Positions 56,303-64,000 of a DNA stretch of 64,000 nt are shown here, in pieces (position 1 is the stretch's first letter; every line of letters starts with the position of its first letter). Source of the DNA: Opitutia bacterium (lineage in GTDB: Bacteria > Verrucomicrobiota > Verrucomicrobiia > Opitutales > Opitutaceae); contig CANHAH010000001.1 of the NCBI GenBank assembly GCA_947458705.1, positions 2,151 through 66,150 on the forward strand, in the 5' to 3' direction. Made by a program: the position numbers and the translations under genes. The notes under the pieces are model-generated. The model was given only the letters and a program-made list of their open reading frames with translations. It was not told the origin of the DNA and searched no databases.

Positions 56303-57715
56303 ATGAAAATCAACGCCACCCTTACTCCGGCCAAGCTCACGAAAAAAACCGCCCGCGTGTTTGAACTCGCTGGCGAAAAAATCCGCGCGATCGACGCCGC
56401 ATGGGATCCAAGCAAGGGCACCCCCGTTTTTACCGTGCAAGGTAAATACACTTCACGCGGTTGGACTGAGTGGACGCAGGGTTTTCAGTTCGGCATGGCA
56501 TTTCTACACTTTGATGCGACCGGTGATACGGCGATGCTCGAACGCGGGCGCGTGAAGACCGTGCGCCATATGGCCTCTCATGTCTCGCATGTCGGTGTTC
56601 ATGATCACGGTTTCAACAACGTTTCAACTTACGGCAACCAGCGCCGCCTCATGCTCGAGGGCAAGACCCGCTTTAACCAAGCCGAGCTCGATTATACGGA
56701 GATTGCGTTGAAAGCCTCAGGCGCTGTCCAAGCGGCGCGCTATGCAACTACCCAGTACAAGCAACCGTGGTCGCCGATTCCTGGGGCTGCCGGCGTGGCG
56801 CCTAGCGGGTATGTGTACTCGTTTAATGGCCCGCAGTCGTTATTTGCCGACACGATTCGCTCTATGCGTTCCCTCGTTGTAGCGCATCAGCTTGGCCACA
56901 CTCTCATGGGCGAAGGAGACAAGCCCACAAATTTATTGCACCGCGCAATCGAACACGCGGCGACGACCGCGCGTTTCAACGTCTTCTTCGGCCAGGGCCG
57001 TGATAGTTATGACGTACGTGGTCGAGTGGCGCACGAAAGTATTTTCAATCGAAATGATGGCCAATTCCGTTGTTCGTCCTCCCAGCAAGGTTACTCGCCG
57101 TTCACGACGTGGACGCGTGGTGCTGCTTGGATCATTACGGGCTACGCCGAGCAATTAGAGTTTCTCGACACGGTGAAAGGCTCTGACCTCGATGCGGTTG
57201 GTGGCCGGCGTGCAGTCACGGATCTCTTTTTGGAGACCGCTAAGGCGACGAGTGATTACTACATAGACGGATATTCTGCCAAAGACGGTATTCCATACTG
57301 GGACAGTGCTGCGCATAATACGCACAAACTCGGTGATTTTACGAAACGCGCTGCCGATCCTTTCAACGCGCATGAGCCGGTCGACAGTTCCGCTGCAGCT
57401 ATCGCCGCGCAAGGCATGCTCCGTCTGGGCCGTTGGCTGGATGCGAATGGTGAAAAAGCCGCCGGCAAAAAATATTTTCAAGCTGGTCTCACAATTGCCG
57501 ACACGCTTTTCGACGAGCCCTATCTTTCGACTGACAAAAAACACCAAGGTCTGCTCTTGCACAGTGTTTATCACCGTCCAAACGGCTGGGACCATGTACC
57601 GAAGGGACAGAAAGTGCCGTGTGGCGAATCATCGATGTGGGGTGATTACCACGCAATGGAGCTCGCACTGCTTATCCAGCGATTGTCAGAAAACAAATAT
57701 TACACATTTTTTTGA
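56303..57715 (+). CDS. (alpha/alpha)6-barrel glycoside hydrolase, GH88-like (unsaturated glucuronyl hydrolase-like)
   Basis: WTEWTQGFQFG and HDHGFNN resemble the GH88 W-T-x-G-F and HDLGF catalytic-Asp blocks. Family-level call only. Confidence 0.5.
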   Translation: MKINATLTPAKLTKKTARVFELAGEKIRAIDAAWDPSKGTPVFTVQGKYTSRGWTEWTQGFQFGMAFLHFDATGDTAMLERGRVKTVRHMASHVSHVGVHDHGFNNVSTYGNQRRLMLEGKTRFNQAELDYTEIALKASGAVQAARYATTQYKQPWSPIPGAAGVAPSGYVYSFNGPQSLFADTIRSMRSLVVAHQLGHTLMGEGDKPTNLLHRAIEHAATTARFNVFFGQGRDSYDVRGRVAHESIFNRNDGQFRCSSSQQGYSPFTTWTRGAAWIITGYAEQLEFLDTVKGSDLDAVGGRRAVTDLFLETAKATSDYYIDGYSAKDGIPYWDSAAHNTHKLGDFTKRAADPFNAHEPVDSSAAAIAAQGMLRLGRWLDANGEKAAGKKYFQAGLTIADTLFDEPYLSTDKKHQGLLLHSVYHRPNGWDHVPKGQKVPCGESSMWGDYHAMELALLIQRLSENKYYTFF

Positions 57716-57765
57716 TCTCTAGGTGCCTTTTTCGCCGATAGCGGCGTTGGCCAACTCATTTTCGA

Positions 57766-57802
57766 GACCGCGGAACTAAGCCGCGGTCTTTTTTATTTTT
57801 TT
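57766..57802 (+). terminator. Rho-independent terminator
   Basis: GACCGCGG-aactaag-CCGCGGTC is followed by TTTTTTATTTTTTT. Confidence 0.85.
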
Positions 57803-57862
57803 GGCTAAATACAACCTTTGCGCGTTGCGGCGTGGAATCCTGTGCCCAGTATTATATGTCCC

Positions 57863-58603
57863 ATGGCCCACGCCGTATCTACCTCTGCAGATTTAGATTC
57901 AGTGCCCGTTTTTCAGGCTCGGGCCTTGGTAAAAACTTATGGTGAAGGAGAAGCGATGGTACGCGCATTGGCTGGATTGGATCTTGAGTGTCGCTCGGGA
58001 GAGTTAGTTGTCGTACTTGGAGCTTCTGGCAGTGGTAAATCGACCTTACTGAATTTGTTGGGCGGGCTCGATACGCCCACCAGCGGCAGTTTATTTTATC
58101 GAGGTTGGGATCTTGGCGGTGCTGACGAAGCCGGTCTGACGCGTTATCGACGCGAAGCGGTGGGTTTTGTTTTTCAATTTTATAATCTGATTCCAAGTCT
58201 GACCGCTCGAGAGAACGTCGCGCTTATCACCGAGATCGCCGCGGATCCGATGAGCCCAGAGGAAGCGCTTCATATGGTGGGTCTCGGGGCCCGCATGGAT
58301 CATTTTCCCGCCCAGCTTTCAGGCGGCGAACAACAACGTGTTGCCATTGCTCGTGCGATTGCGAAACGCCCTGCTGTACTCATGTGCGACGAGCCTACGG
58401 GCGCACTTGATGTGAGCACGGGAAAGGTGGTTCTTGAAGCGATCGAGCGCATCAATCGCGAACTTGGTACGCTTACGTTGATCATTACCCATAATTCCGT
58501 GATGGCGGAAATGGCGGATCGTGTGCTCACCCTTTCCGACGGGCATATCACGGGTGTAAAACATAATCACACGCGCGCGGCGGCCAGCACGCTGGCGTGG
58601 TAA
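57863..58603 (+). CDS. ABC transporter ATP-binding protein (MacB/LolD-type)
   Basis: GASGSGKST Walker [15 protein letters not shown] signature, and [10 protein letters not shown] Walker B. The start is set at the ATG at 57863. Confidence 0.92.
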   Translation: MAHAVSTSADLDSVPVFQARALVKTYGEGEAMVRALAGLDLECRSGELVVVLGASGSGKSTLLNLLGGLDTPTSGSLFYRGWDLGGADEAGLTRYRREAVGFVFQFYNLIPSLTARENVALITEIAADPMSPEEALHMVGLGARMDHFPAQLSGGEQQRVAIARAIAKRPAVLMCDEPTGALDVSTGKVVLEAIERINRELGTLTLIITHNSVMAEMADRVLTLSDGHITGVKHNHTRAAASTLAW

Positions 58604-58621
58604 AGCCTAAGTGGATCCGTC

Positions 58622-60988
58622 ATGTCGTTGCTGGATCTTAAATTGCTCCGCGATCTGCGCGCCTTAAAATCGCAAGCTGCAGCTGTTGCCATTGTCATGG
58701 CTTGTGGTTTGGCGATGATGATTATGACGCGCAGTCTTATCGTTTCGTTGGAGACGACGCGTGATGCCTATTATCGCGACAATCATTTCGCGCAAATTTT
58801 TTCCCGGCTTAAACGTGCGCCCAACTCCGTGGCTTCCCAACTCGCGGCGATTCCTGGGGTCGCGACGGTGCAGACTGGTATCGCATTATCGGTTACACTG
58901 GATTTGCCTGGTGTGATCGAACCCGCGACAGGGCTCATCCAATCACTCCCTGAGCAAGGTGAGCTTACGCTCAATCGTCTGCATCTTCGAGCGGGGCGAA
59001 TTTTAGTGGGGCGTGAATCGACGGGCGAGATTTTGGTCGGAGAAGCTTTTGCCCAAGCTAATCAGCTCCAACCTGGAGACGAGATGGCGGCTGTGCTCTA
59101 TGGTCGGCGGCAACATTTCCGCATCGCCGGCATTGTGCTTTCACCCGAGTTTATTTTTGAAGCGCCGCCAGGTTCCGCGTTGCCCAATAATAAGACATAC
59201 GGGGTTTTTTGGATGCCGTACAAGGAGCTGGCTCGGGCTAGTAATCTGGATGGAGCGTTCAATCAGCTTTCCTTGCGGTTGGTGCCGGGAGCTTCTGAGC
59301 CGGCGGTTATAGCAGCGGTTGATCACATCTTAAGGCCTTACGGTGGACGCGGTGCTTATGGTCGTGCATCGCATCCTTCTCACACGCGTTTGCGTGATGA
59401 AATCAATATCCTCAATGGACTCTCCATTGGGTTCCCGCTGGTTTTTCTCAGTGTCGCGGCGTTCATGACCAATGCGGTTATGAGTCGGCAGATAACGTTG
59501 CAGCGCGAACAGATCGCGATTTTGAAGGCTTTTGGTTTTTCTAACGGTGAGATCGGCCGTCACTATCTTAAATTTTCCATTATAATCGTCGCCGGCGGCA
59601 CCGCGTTGGGTGTCTTGGGAGGCGTGTTTTTGGGTGAACGGCTAGTGGATTTATATCATGTTTTCTTCCGGTTTCCGGCGCTAAATTTTCAACTAGCCTC
59701 GGCTGTGGTGGTCTTGGCCGTTTTGGTGAGTTCGATTGCGGCGATTATTGGTGTCGCGGGCTCGGTGCGTGCGGCGGTACGACTGGCACCGGCGGAGGCG
59801 ATGCGGCCTGAGCCGCCATCGAGCTATCGACCCGCGTTAATGGAACGCTTGGGCTTTGGCCGGCTGTTTACGGTGACGTTTCGGATGGCATTAAGAAATA
59901 TCGAACGTCGACCGGTGCGTGCGTCGCTCACGGTTGGTGCATTGGCTTTGGCGACGGGAATATTGATTGTGCCCAATGCGTTTCGTGACGGCATCGGTCA
60001 TGTACTCGATTATCAGTGGGATTTGATTCAGCGGCAGACGGTGATGGTGTCGCTCATTGAACCGAGTCCGGCGCGCACGTTGGCTGATTTCAAGGCGTTG
60101 CCAGGGGTGATTTTAGCGGAGCCGGTGTTTGGGGCGGCAGTGGAATTGCGTGCGGGCAATCAATTTCGTCGCTTAAGTATTACTGGTTTACCCGGTCAGG
60201 CGGAGTTGTATCGCGTGATGGATAGTAGCGGGCGTCAGATTACTTTACCGCCGGAGGGAATCGTCCTCTCCAGAAAGTTGGCGGAGGTACTTGATGTAAA
60301 AATCGGCGAAATGCTTTTTGTGCGTGGATTAGAGGGTAAGCGGGTGGAATTTTCTGTGCCGGTGAGTGGATTATCCGAAGATTTTGCGGGAACAGCGGCG
60401 TATATGGAAATTAGTGCGCTGAACCGTCATCTAGGTGAGGGCGATCGTATTAATGCTGCTTATCTGACGGTGGGCGCAGCTCAATGGAATGAGTTCTTGC
60501 GTGCGATGAAGGCTTCACCACGTGCGGGCAGTGTGGTGGTGAAAAACAAAATACGGCAGGGATTTCGCGAGACGACGGCGCAGAGTATCGGTTTGTTGCA
60601 GCAGATTTATCTGACTTTTGCCGCCGTGGTAGCCTTTGGTATTGTTTATAATAGTGCGCGAATTTCGCTCAGTGAACGTCAGCGTGAACTCGCGACTTTG
60701 CGGGTGATTGGGTTTACGCGCCGAGAGGTGGCGACAGTTTTAGTGGGTGAGTTGGTGATGCTGACGTTGATCGCGTTGCCTTGTGGTTTGTTGATTGGTT
60801 CAGGTTTTGCGCGCGTGATTTTGATGACGGTCAACACGGAGTTTGTGCGTTTGCCGTTGATTCTTACGGCGCAGAACTACGCATTTGCGGTTTTAGTTGT
60901 GACGGTAGCCTCGGTGGTCTCGGCGTTGCTCGCGTGCCGGCGGCTTGATCAATTGGATTTGGTGGGTGTGTTGAAGGCCCGCGATTAA
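58622..60988 (+). CDS. ABC transporter permease with two FtsX-like domains (YbbP-type)
   Basis: 788 aa. Two copies of the TM + large extracytoplasmic loop + 3 TM arrangement, with conserved REQIAILKAFGFS and RELATLRVIGFT blocks. Confidence 0.85.
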   Translation: MSLLDLKLLRDLRALKSQAAAVAIVMACGLAMMIMTRSLIVSLETTRDAYYRDNHFAQIFSRLKRAPNSVASQLAAIPGVATVQTGIALSVTLDLPGVIEPATGLIQSLPEQGELTLNRLHLRAGRILVGRESTGEILVGEAFAQANQLQPGDEMAAVLYGRRQHFRIAGIVLSPEFIFEAPPGSALPNNKTYGVFWMPYKELARASNLDGAFNQLSLRLVPGASEPAVIAAVDHILRPYGGRGAYGRASHPSHTRLRDEINILNGLSIGFPLVFLSVAAFMTNAVMSRQITLQREQIAILKAFGFSNGEIGRHYLKFSIIIVAGGTALGVLGGVFLGERLVDLYHVFFRFPALNFQLASAVVVLAVLVSSIAAIIGVAGSVRAAVRLAPAEAMRPEPPSSYRPALMERLGFGRLFTVTFRMALRNIERRPVRASLTVGALALATGILIVPNAFRDGIGHVLDYQWDLIQRQTVMVSLIEPSPARTLADFKALPGVILAEPVFGAAVELRAGNQFRRLSITGLPGQAELYRVMDSSGRQITLPPEGIVLSRKLAEVLDVKIGEMLFVRGLEGKRVEFSVPVSGLSEDFAGTAAYMEISALNRHLGEGDRINAAYLTVGAAQWNEFLRAMKASPRAGSVVVKNKIRQGFRETTAQSIGLLQQIYLTFAAVVAFGIVYNSARISLSERQRELATLRVIGFTRREVATVLVGELVMLTLIALPCGLLIGSGFARVILMTVNTEFVRLPLILTAQNYAFAVLVVTVASVVSALLACRRLDQLDLVGVLKARD

Positions 60989-61012
60989 TTTTTATTTCTC
61001 ACATATTTTATC

Positions 61013-62281
61013 ATGAAAGCATCTTCGTCTTTGCGAGTTGAACCAGGGGTTAAGAATAAAAAAAATTTGGAGGCGCGGCGTTGGTCGCGTTGGTTGCCGT
61101 GGATCGTGGGCGGCGCATTGACTGCGCTCATTGTGATTGGGTTGTTGCCGAAACCTTTGCCGGTGGAAATTGCGATGGTCTCGCGCGGTGATTTGCGGGT
61201 GACGGTTAATGAGGAGGGCATGACGCGGGTAAAAAATCGTTACGTGATTGCTAGCCCCGTGGCGGGGCAGTTGCGACGAATCGATTGGAAGCCGGGAGCG
61301 GTAGTGGAAGCAGGTAAGACGGTGCTCGCGGTCTTGGAATCAGGTGGCGCGGATATTTTAGATGCGCGTAGTCTGGTGCAGGCGGAGGCGCGGGTGCGTG
61401 CTGCGCAAGCGGCAGTTGCGCAGGCGCTCGCTCAGCGCTCACGCGCGCTGGCCAATGCGAATCTGCAACGGGAAGACTTCGCTCGACAAAAAACGTTGTT
61501 CGCTAGCGGGGTGTTGTCGCGGCAAGAATTTGACGCCTCCGAAACTCGAGCAACGACGACCGCTCAAGAGGCCCGAGCCGCCGAGTTTGCTGCGCAGATC
61601 GCGGAATTTGAAGCGGCGCAGGCGCAGGCCTTGTTATTGCGTGGACAGCCCGCGGAGGCGGGGGCACGCGGGGAGCCTTTGGTTATTTTGTCTCCTGTCA
61701 GTGGTCGGGTGTTGCGGGTGATGCAGGAGAGCGAGCGACTCGTGCCGGCGGGATTTGCGTTATTAGAAGTGGGTGACCCGACAGATCTCGAGGCGCGGAT
61801 TGAGGTGCTTTCGCGGGATGGTGTGGCGATTCAACCGGGTGCTCGCGTGCAGCTTGAACAATGGGGTGGCCCGTTGGCGTTGAATGCCCGAGTGCGCGTA
61901 GTGGAGCCTTCGGCGTTTACTAAAGTCTCCGCTCTAGGAGTCGAAGAACAGCGAGTTTACGTGATCGTTGATTTTACAGATCCACTTGAGGTGCGGCGCT
62001 CGCTGGGTGATAATTACCGGGTTGAGGCGCTCATTGAAACGTGGTCGGGCGAAAATATTTTGAAAGTGCCGGCCGGCGCGTTGTTTCAACGTGGCGCGCA
62101 GTGGCAGACGTATGTGGTGGCCGGTGCGCGAACGAGGTTGCGCACGGTGCGCGTAGGTCGCAGCAGCGGTCGAGAGACGGAAATTTTGGAAGGTTTAACC
62201 GAGGGGCAAAAAGTGGTGGTTTACCCTGGAGATCAGATTGCTGATGGGTCGCAAATTAAGCCGATAGTGGTGCCGTATTAA
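61013..62281 (+). CDS. HlyD family efflux periplasmic adaptor (membrane fusion protein)
   Basis: N-terminal TM segment, an Ala/Gln-rich coiled-coil hairpin (AEARVRAAQAAVAQALAQ...AAEFAAQIAEFEAAQAQ) and beta-barrel blocks. Confidence 0.85.
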   Translation: MKASSSLRVEPGVKNKKNLEARRWSRWLPWIVGGALTALIVIGLLPKPLPVEIAMVSRGDLRVTVNEEGMTRVKNRYVIASPVAGQLRRIDWKPGAVVEAGKTVLAVLESGGADILDARSLVQAEARVRAAQAAVAQALAQRSRALANANLQREDFARQKTLFASGVLSRQEFDASETRATTTAQEARAAEFAAQIAEFEAAQAQALLLRGQPAEAGARGEPLVILSPVSGRVLRVMQESERLVPAGFALLEVGDPTDLEARIEVLSRDGVAIQPGARVQLEQWGGPLALNARVRVVEPSAFTKVSALGVEEQRVYVIVDFTDPLEVRRSLGDNYRVEALIETWSGENILKVPAGALFQRGAQWQTYVVAGARTRLRTVRVGRSSGRETEILEGLTEGQKVVVYPGDQIADGSQIKPIVVPY

Positions 62282-62362
62282 AATTAGCCCTACTCTACCC
62301 CACCCGCCCCGCCCCGCGCTGTGATGCGATGCGATGCGTGCGGTCTGGTTAGGCTTGGTGGT

Positions 62363-62947
62363 TTACGGAAACAGCCAAGTGGCTAGCCATGAGTCATCGT
62401 CGCGTACGAATACGCGGCGGTCGTGATGGCGGAATGGCCGTTGTTGCCAAAATTCAATTTTTTCTGGCACGACTCGGTATCCATTCCAGTAAGACGGACG
62501 CGGCACTTTGCTGATGCCAAATCGCAAGGTGTGAAGCGCCACAGCTTGCTCGAGCTCGAAACGATTTTGCATGGGTAGAGATTGGCGAGAAGCCCAGGCG
62601 CCGATCTGACTTAGTCTTGGACGGGTTGCAAAATACGCATCGGCTTCGGTGGCGGTGATCAACTCGATGGTGCCTTCAATGCGAATTTGGCGTTCGAGTG
62701 TCGCCCAGTGAAAGCAAAGGGCGGCGCGAGGATTGGAGGCGAGATCGCGGCCTTTGGGGCTGGTGGTGTGGGTGTAAAAAACAAATCCGTGCGGGTCGGC
62801 TTGTTTTAATAGGACCATGCGCACGGCGGGTCGCCCAGTAACGTCAGCGGTGGCCAAGGCCATGGCAGTGGGATCGACGGGTTCGTGTTCATGCGCGTGG
62901 GCTAGCCAACTTGCAAACAGAACAAAAGGATCCGTCGTTGCGTCCAT
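62363..62947 (-). CDS. pdxH: Pyridoxamine 5'-phosphate oxidase paralog (shorter N-terminus)
   Basis: RMVLLKQ, FYTHTTSPKG, LERQIRIEG, WNGYRV, EFWQQR and RHHDR align block-for-block with the copy at 51539-52177. Confidence 0.85.
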   Translation of the reverse strand: MDATTDPFVLFASWLAHAHEHEPVDPTAMALATADVTGRPAVRMVLLKQADPHGFVFYTHTTSPKGRDLASNPRAALCFHWATLERQIRIEGTIELITATEADAYFATRPRLSQIGAWASRQSLPMQNRFELEQAVALHTLRFGISKVPRPSYWNGYRVVPEKIEFWQQRPFRHHDRRVFVRDDDSWLATWLFP

Positions 62948-63089
62948 ATTTGTCAGTTTGCTGGGTTTGTGGTTAGTTGGCTCGGCGGGTATTGGCGAAG
63001 GGTGTGCGTAGATTGGCGGATAGGGTTAATAGGGTTGAGGTGGCTTTTGACTTGGCGCGGATGGGTGGCGGGCGTTGGTTCGCTGCGCG

Positions 63090-64000
63090 ATGTCACGACA
63101 TGTTGAAACGATTGCTGCTTTAGCTACGCCGGTGGGCACTGCCGCGATTGCGTTGGTGCGAGTGAGTGGAATCGAAGCAGGGCGATTGGCGCGGGAGATT
63201 TTCGGCGTCTTGCCGCAGGCGCGCCGGGTGCGGCATGGAGATTATCGGGATCGCGCCGGGGTATTGTTGGATGATGTGGTGTGGGTTTTTTTTGCGGGCC
63301 CAGGTAGCTACACAGGTGAGGATACCTTGGAGATTTCCTGCCATGGTAATCCTTACGTGGCGCAGCGGGTGTTGGAGGATTTGTTAGCGCGGGGGTGTCG
63401 TGCAGCGGAGCCGGGCGAGTTCACGCAACGGGCTTTTTTGGCCGGAAAAATGGATTTATCTCAGGCTGAAGCAGTTATGGATTTAATCCAGGCGCGCAGT
63501 GAGCGGGCTTTGGTGGCGGCCAATCGACAGTTGCGTGGTGCCCTAGGGCGGCAGATGGCGGTGCTGATTGATGCGCTGTTGCTAGGATTGGCCCGAGTGG
63601 AGGCTTATATTGATTTTCCGGATGAGGACCTGCCGCCGGAGGATCAAGCGGTGGTGTCGGCTCAAGTGGCGGAGGTTCTACGTGGAACCGAACGCTTGTT
63701 GGCGACGAGTCATTACGGCGAGGTGTTGCGGAATGGGATTAAGACGGTGATCATCGGCGAGCCGAATGCGGGAAAGAGTTCATTGTTAAACTGTTTGGTG
63801 GGAAAAGATCGGGCGATTGTGAGCCCTGAGCCGGGGACGACGCGTGATTTTATCGAGGAAGTTGTGAATATCGGGCCGCATTGCCTCCGTTTGATCGATA
63901 CGGCCGGATTGAACCCCGCTCCAGGGGCGGTAGAAAAATTAGGGATTGAAAAAACCTTCGAAATTGCGGGTGAGGCGGATCTTTTTGTGGTAGTGATGGC
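63090..64000 (+). CDS. mnmE: tRNA uridine-5-carboxymethylaminomethyl modification GTPase MnmE, 3'-truncated by the window edge
   Basis: My own translation from the ATG at 63090 gives MSRHVETIAALATPVGTAAIALVRVSG...SYTGEDTLEISCHGNP...GEPNAGKSSLLN...GTTRD. The frame is open to the window end. Confidence 0.9.
   Translation, partial: MSRHVETIAALATPVGTAAIALVRVSGIEAGRLAREIFGVLPQARRVRHGDYRDRAGVLLDDVVWVFFAGPGSYTGEDTLEISCHGNPYVAQRVLEDLLARGCRAAEPGEFTQRAFLAGKMDLSQAEAVMDLIQARSERALVAANRQLRGALGRQMAVLIDALLLGLARVEAYIDFPDEDLPPEDQAVVSAQVAEVLRGTERLLATSHYGEVLRNGIKTVIIGEPNAGKSSLLNCLVGKDRAIVSPEPGTTRDFIEEVVNIGPHCLRLIDTAGLNPAPGAVEKLGIEKTFEIAGEADLFVVVM

Noticed and set aside
62297-62337. C-rich tract (CCCCACCCGCCCCGCCCCGC) followed by (GATGC)x3 microsatellite downstream of the HlyD gene
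   Set aside because: It is very short (three units), intergenic between convergent genes, and shows no sign of phase-variable placement relative to a start codon or promoter.
1-64000. Search by eye for CRISPR arrays, tRNA/rRNA genes, IS elements or transposases, integrases, reverse transcriptases and long (>30 bp) repeats
   Set aside because: None found. There are no regularly spaced repeats, no T-arm-like GGTTCGA contexts with tRNA geometry, and no DDE or tyrosine-recombinase-like ORFs. A computational scan (tRNAscan-SE, Infernal/Rfam, repeat finder) would be needed to exclude small RNAs and short repeats.

Overview
High-GC bacterial chromosomal segment. Hand counts of typical 60-nt lines give about 60-67% G+C. 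It is densely coded, and I support about 57 CDS plus one pseudogene. Gene content points by inference to a PVC-superphylum organism, most likely Verrucomicrobiota (Opitutaceae-like): PVC-type propeller/HEAT haem proteins, DUF1080, ThuA, FG-GAP, and many Gfo/Idh/MocA and xylose-isomerase-like TIM-barrel genes.

Main blocks:
1. gnd 3' end, a VapBC pair, a ferritin-like di-iron protein and rpoZ.
2. A tightly coupled four-gene redox/cyclase operon (3.8-7.2 kb).
3. A ~20 kb minus-strand sugar-oxidation supercluster (8-29 kb). It contains GMC flavoprotein plus Tat small subunit, a PVC haem protein, DUF1080, a ~1,700-aa ThuA-SGNH-propeller-HEAT-azurin fusion, TIM barrels, Gfo/Idh/MocA, a PMI-like cupin, FG-GAP and an AraC regulator. 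An AT-rich AbiEi/AbiEii islet interrupts it.
4. nadA-nadC-nadB.
5. htrA, then glyQS followed at 6 nt by a SWIM-SNF2 helicase and a DUF1643 gene.
6. A decayed AT-rich islet with a Fic remnant and a second VapBC.
7. A lower-GC block holding DUF2007, an orphan RelE/ParE-like gene overlapping pssA, and dnaN without dnaA.
8. Cofactor and housekeeping genes, including two pdxH paralogs, plus an ABC/FtsX/HlyD efflux set and the mnmE 5' end.

I found no rRNA, tRNA, CRISPR array, transposase or integrase. Nothing can be proven novel from sequence alone. The strongest candidates for under-described biology are the periplasmic oxidative glycoside cluster, with its giant multi-domain fusion and haem/copper paralog pair, and the glyQS-SWIM/SNF2-DUF1643 module. 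All family assignments rest on motif recognition by eye, not database searches.
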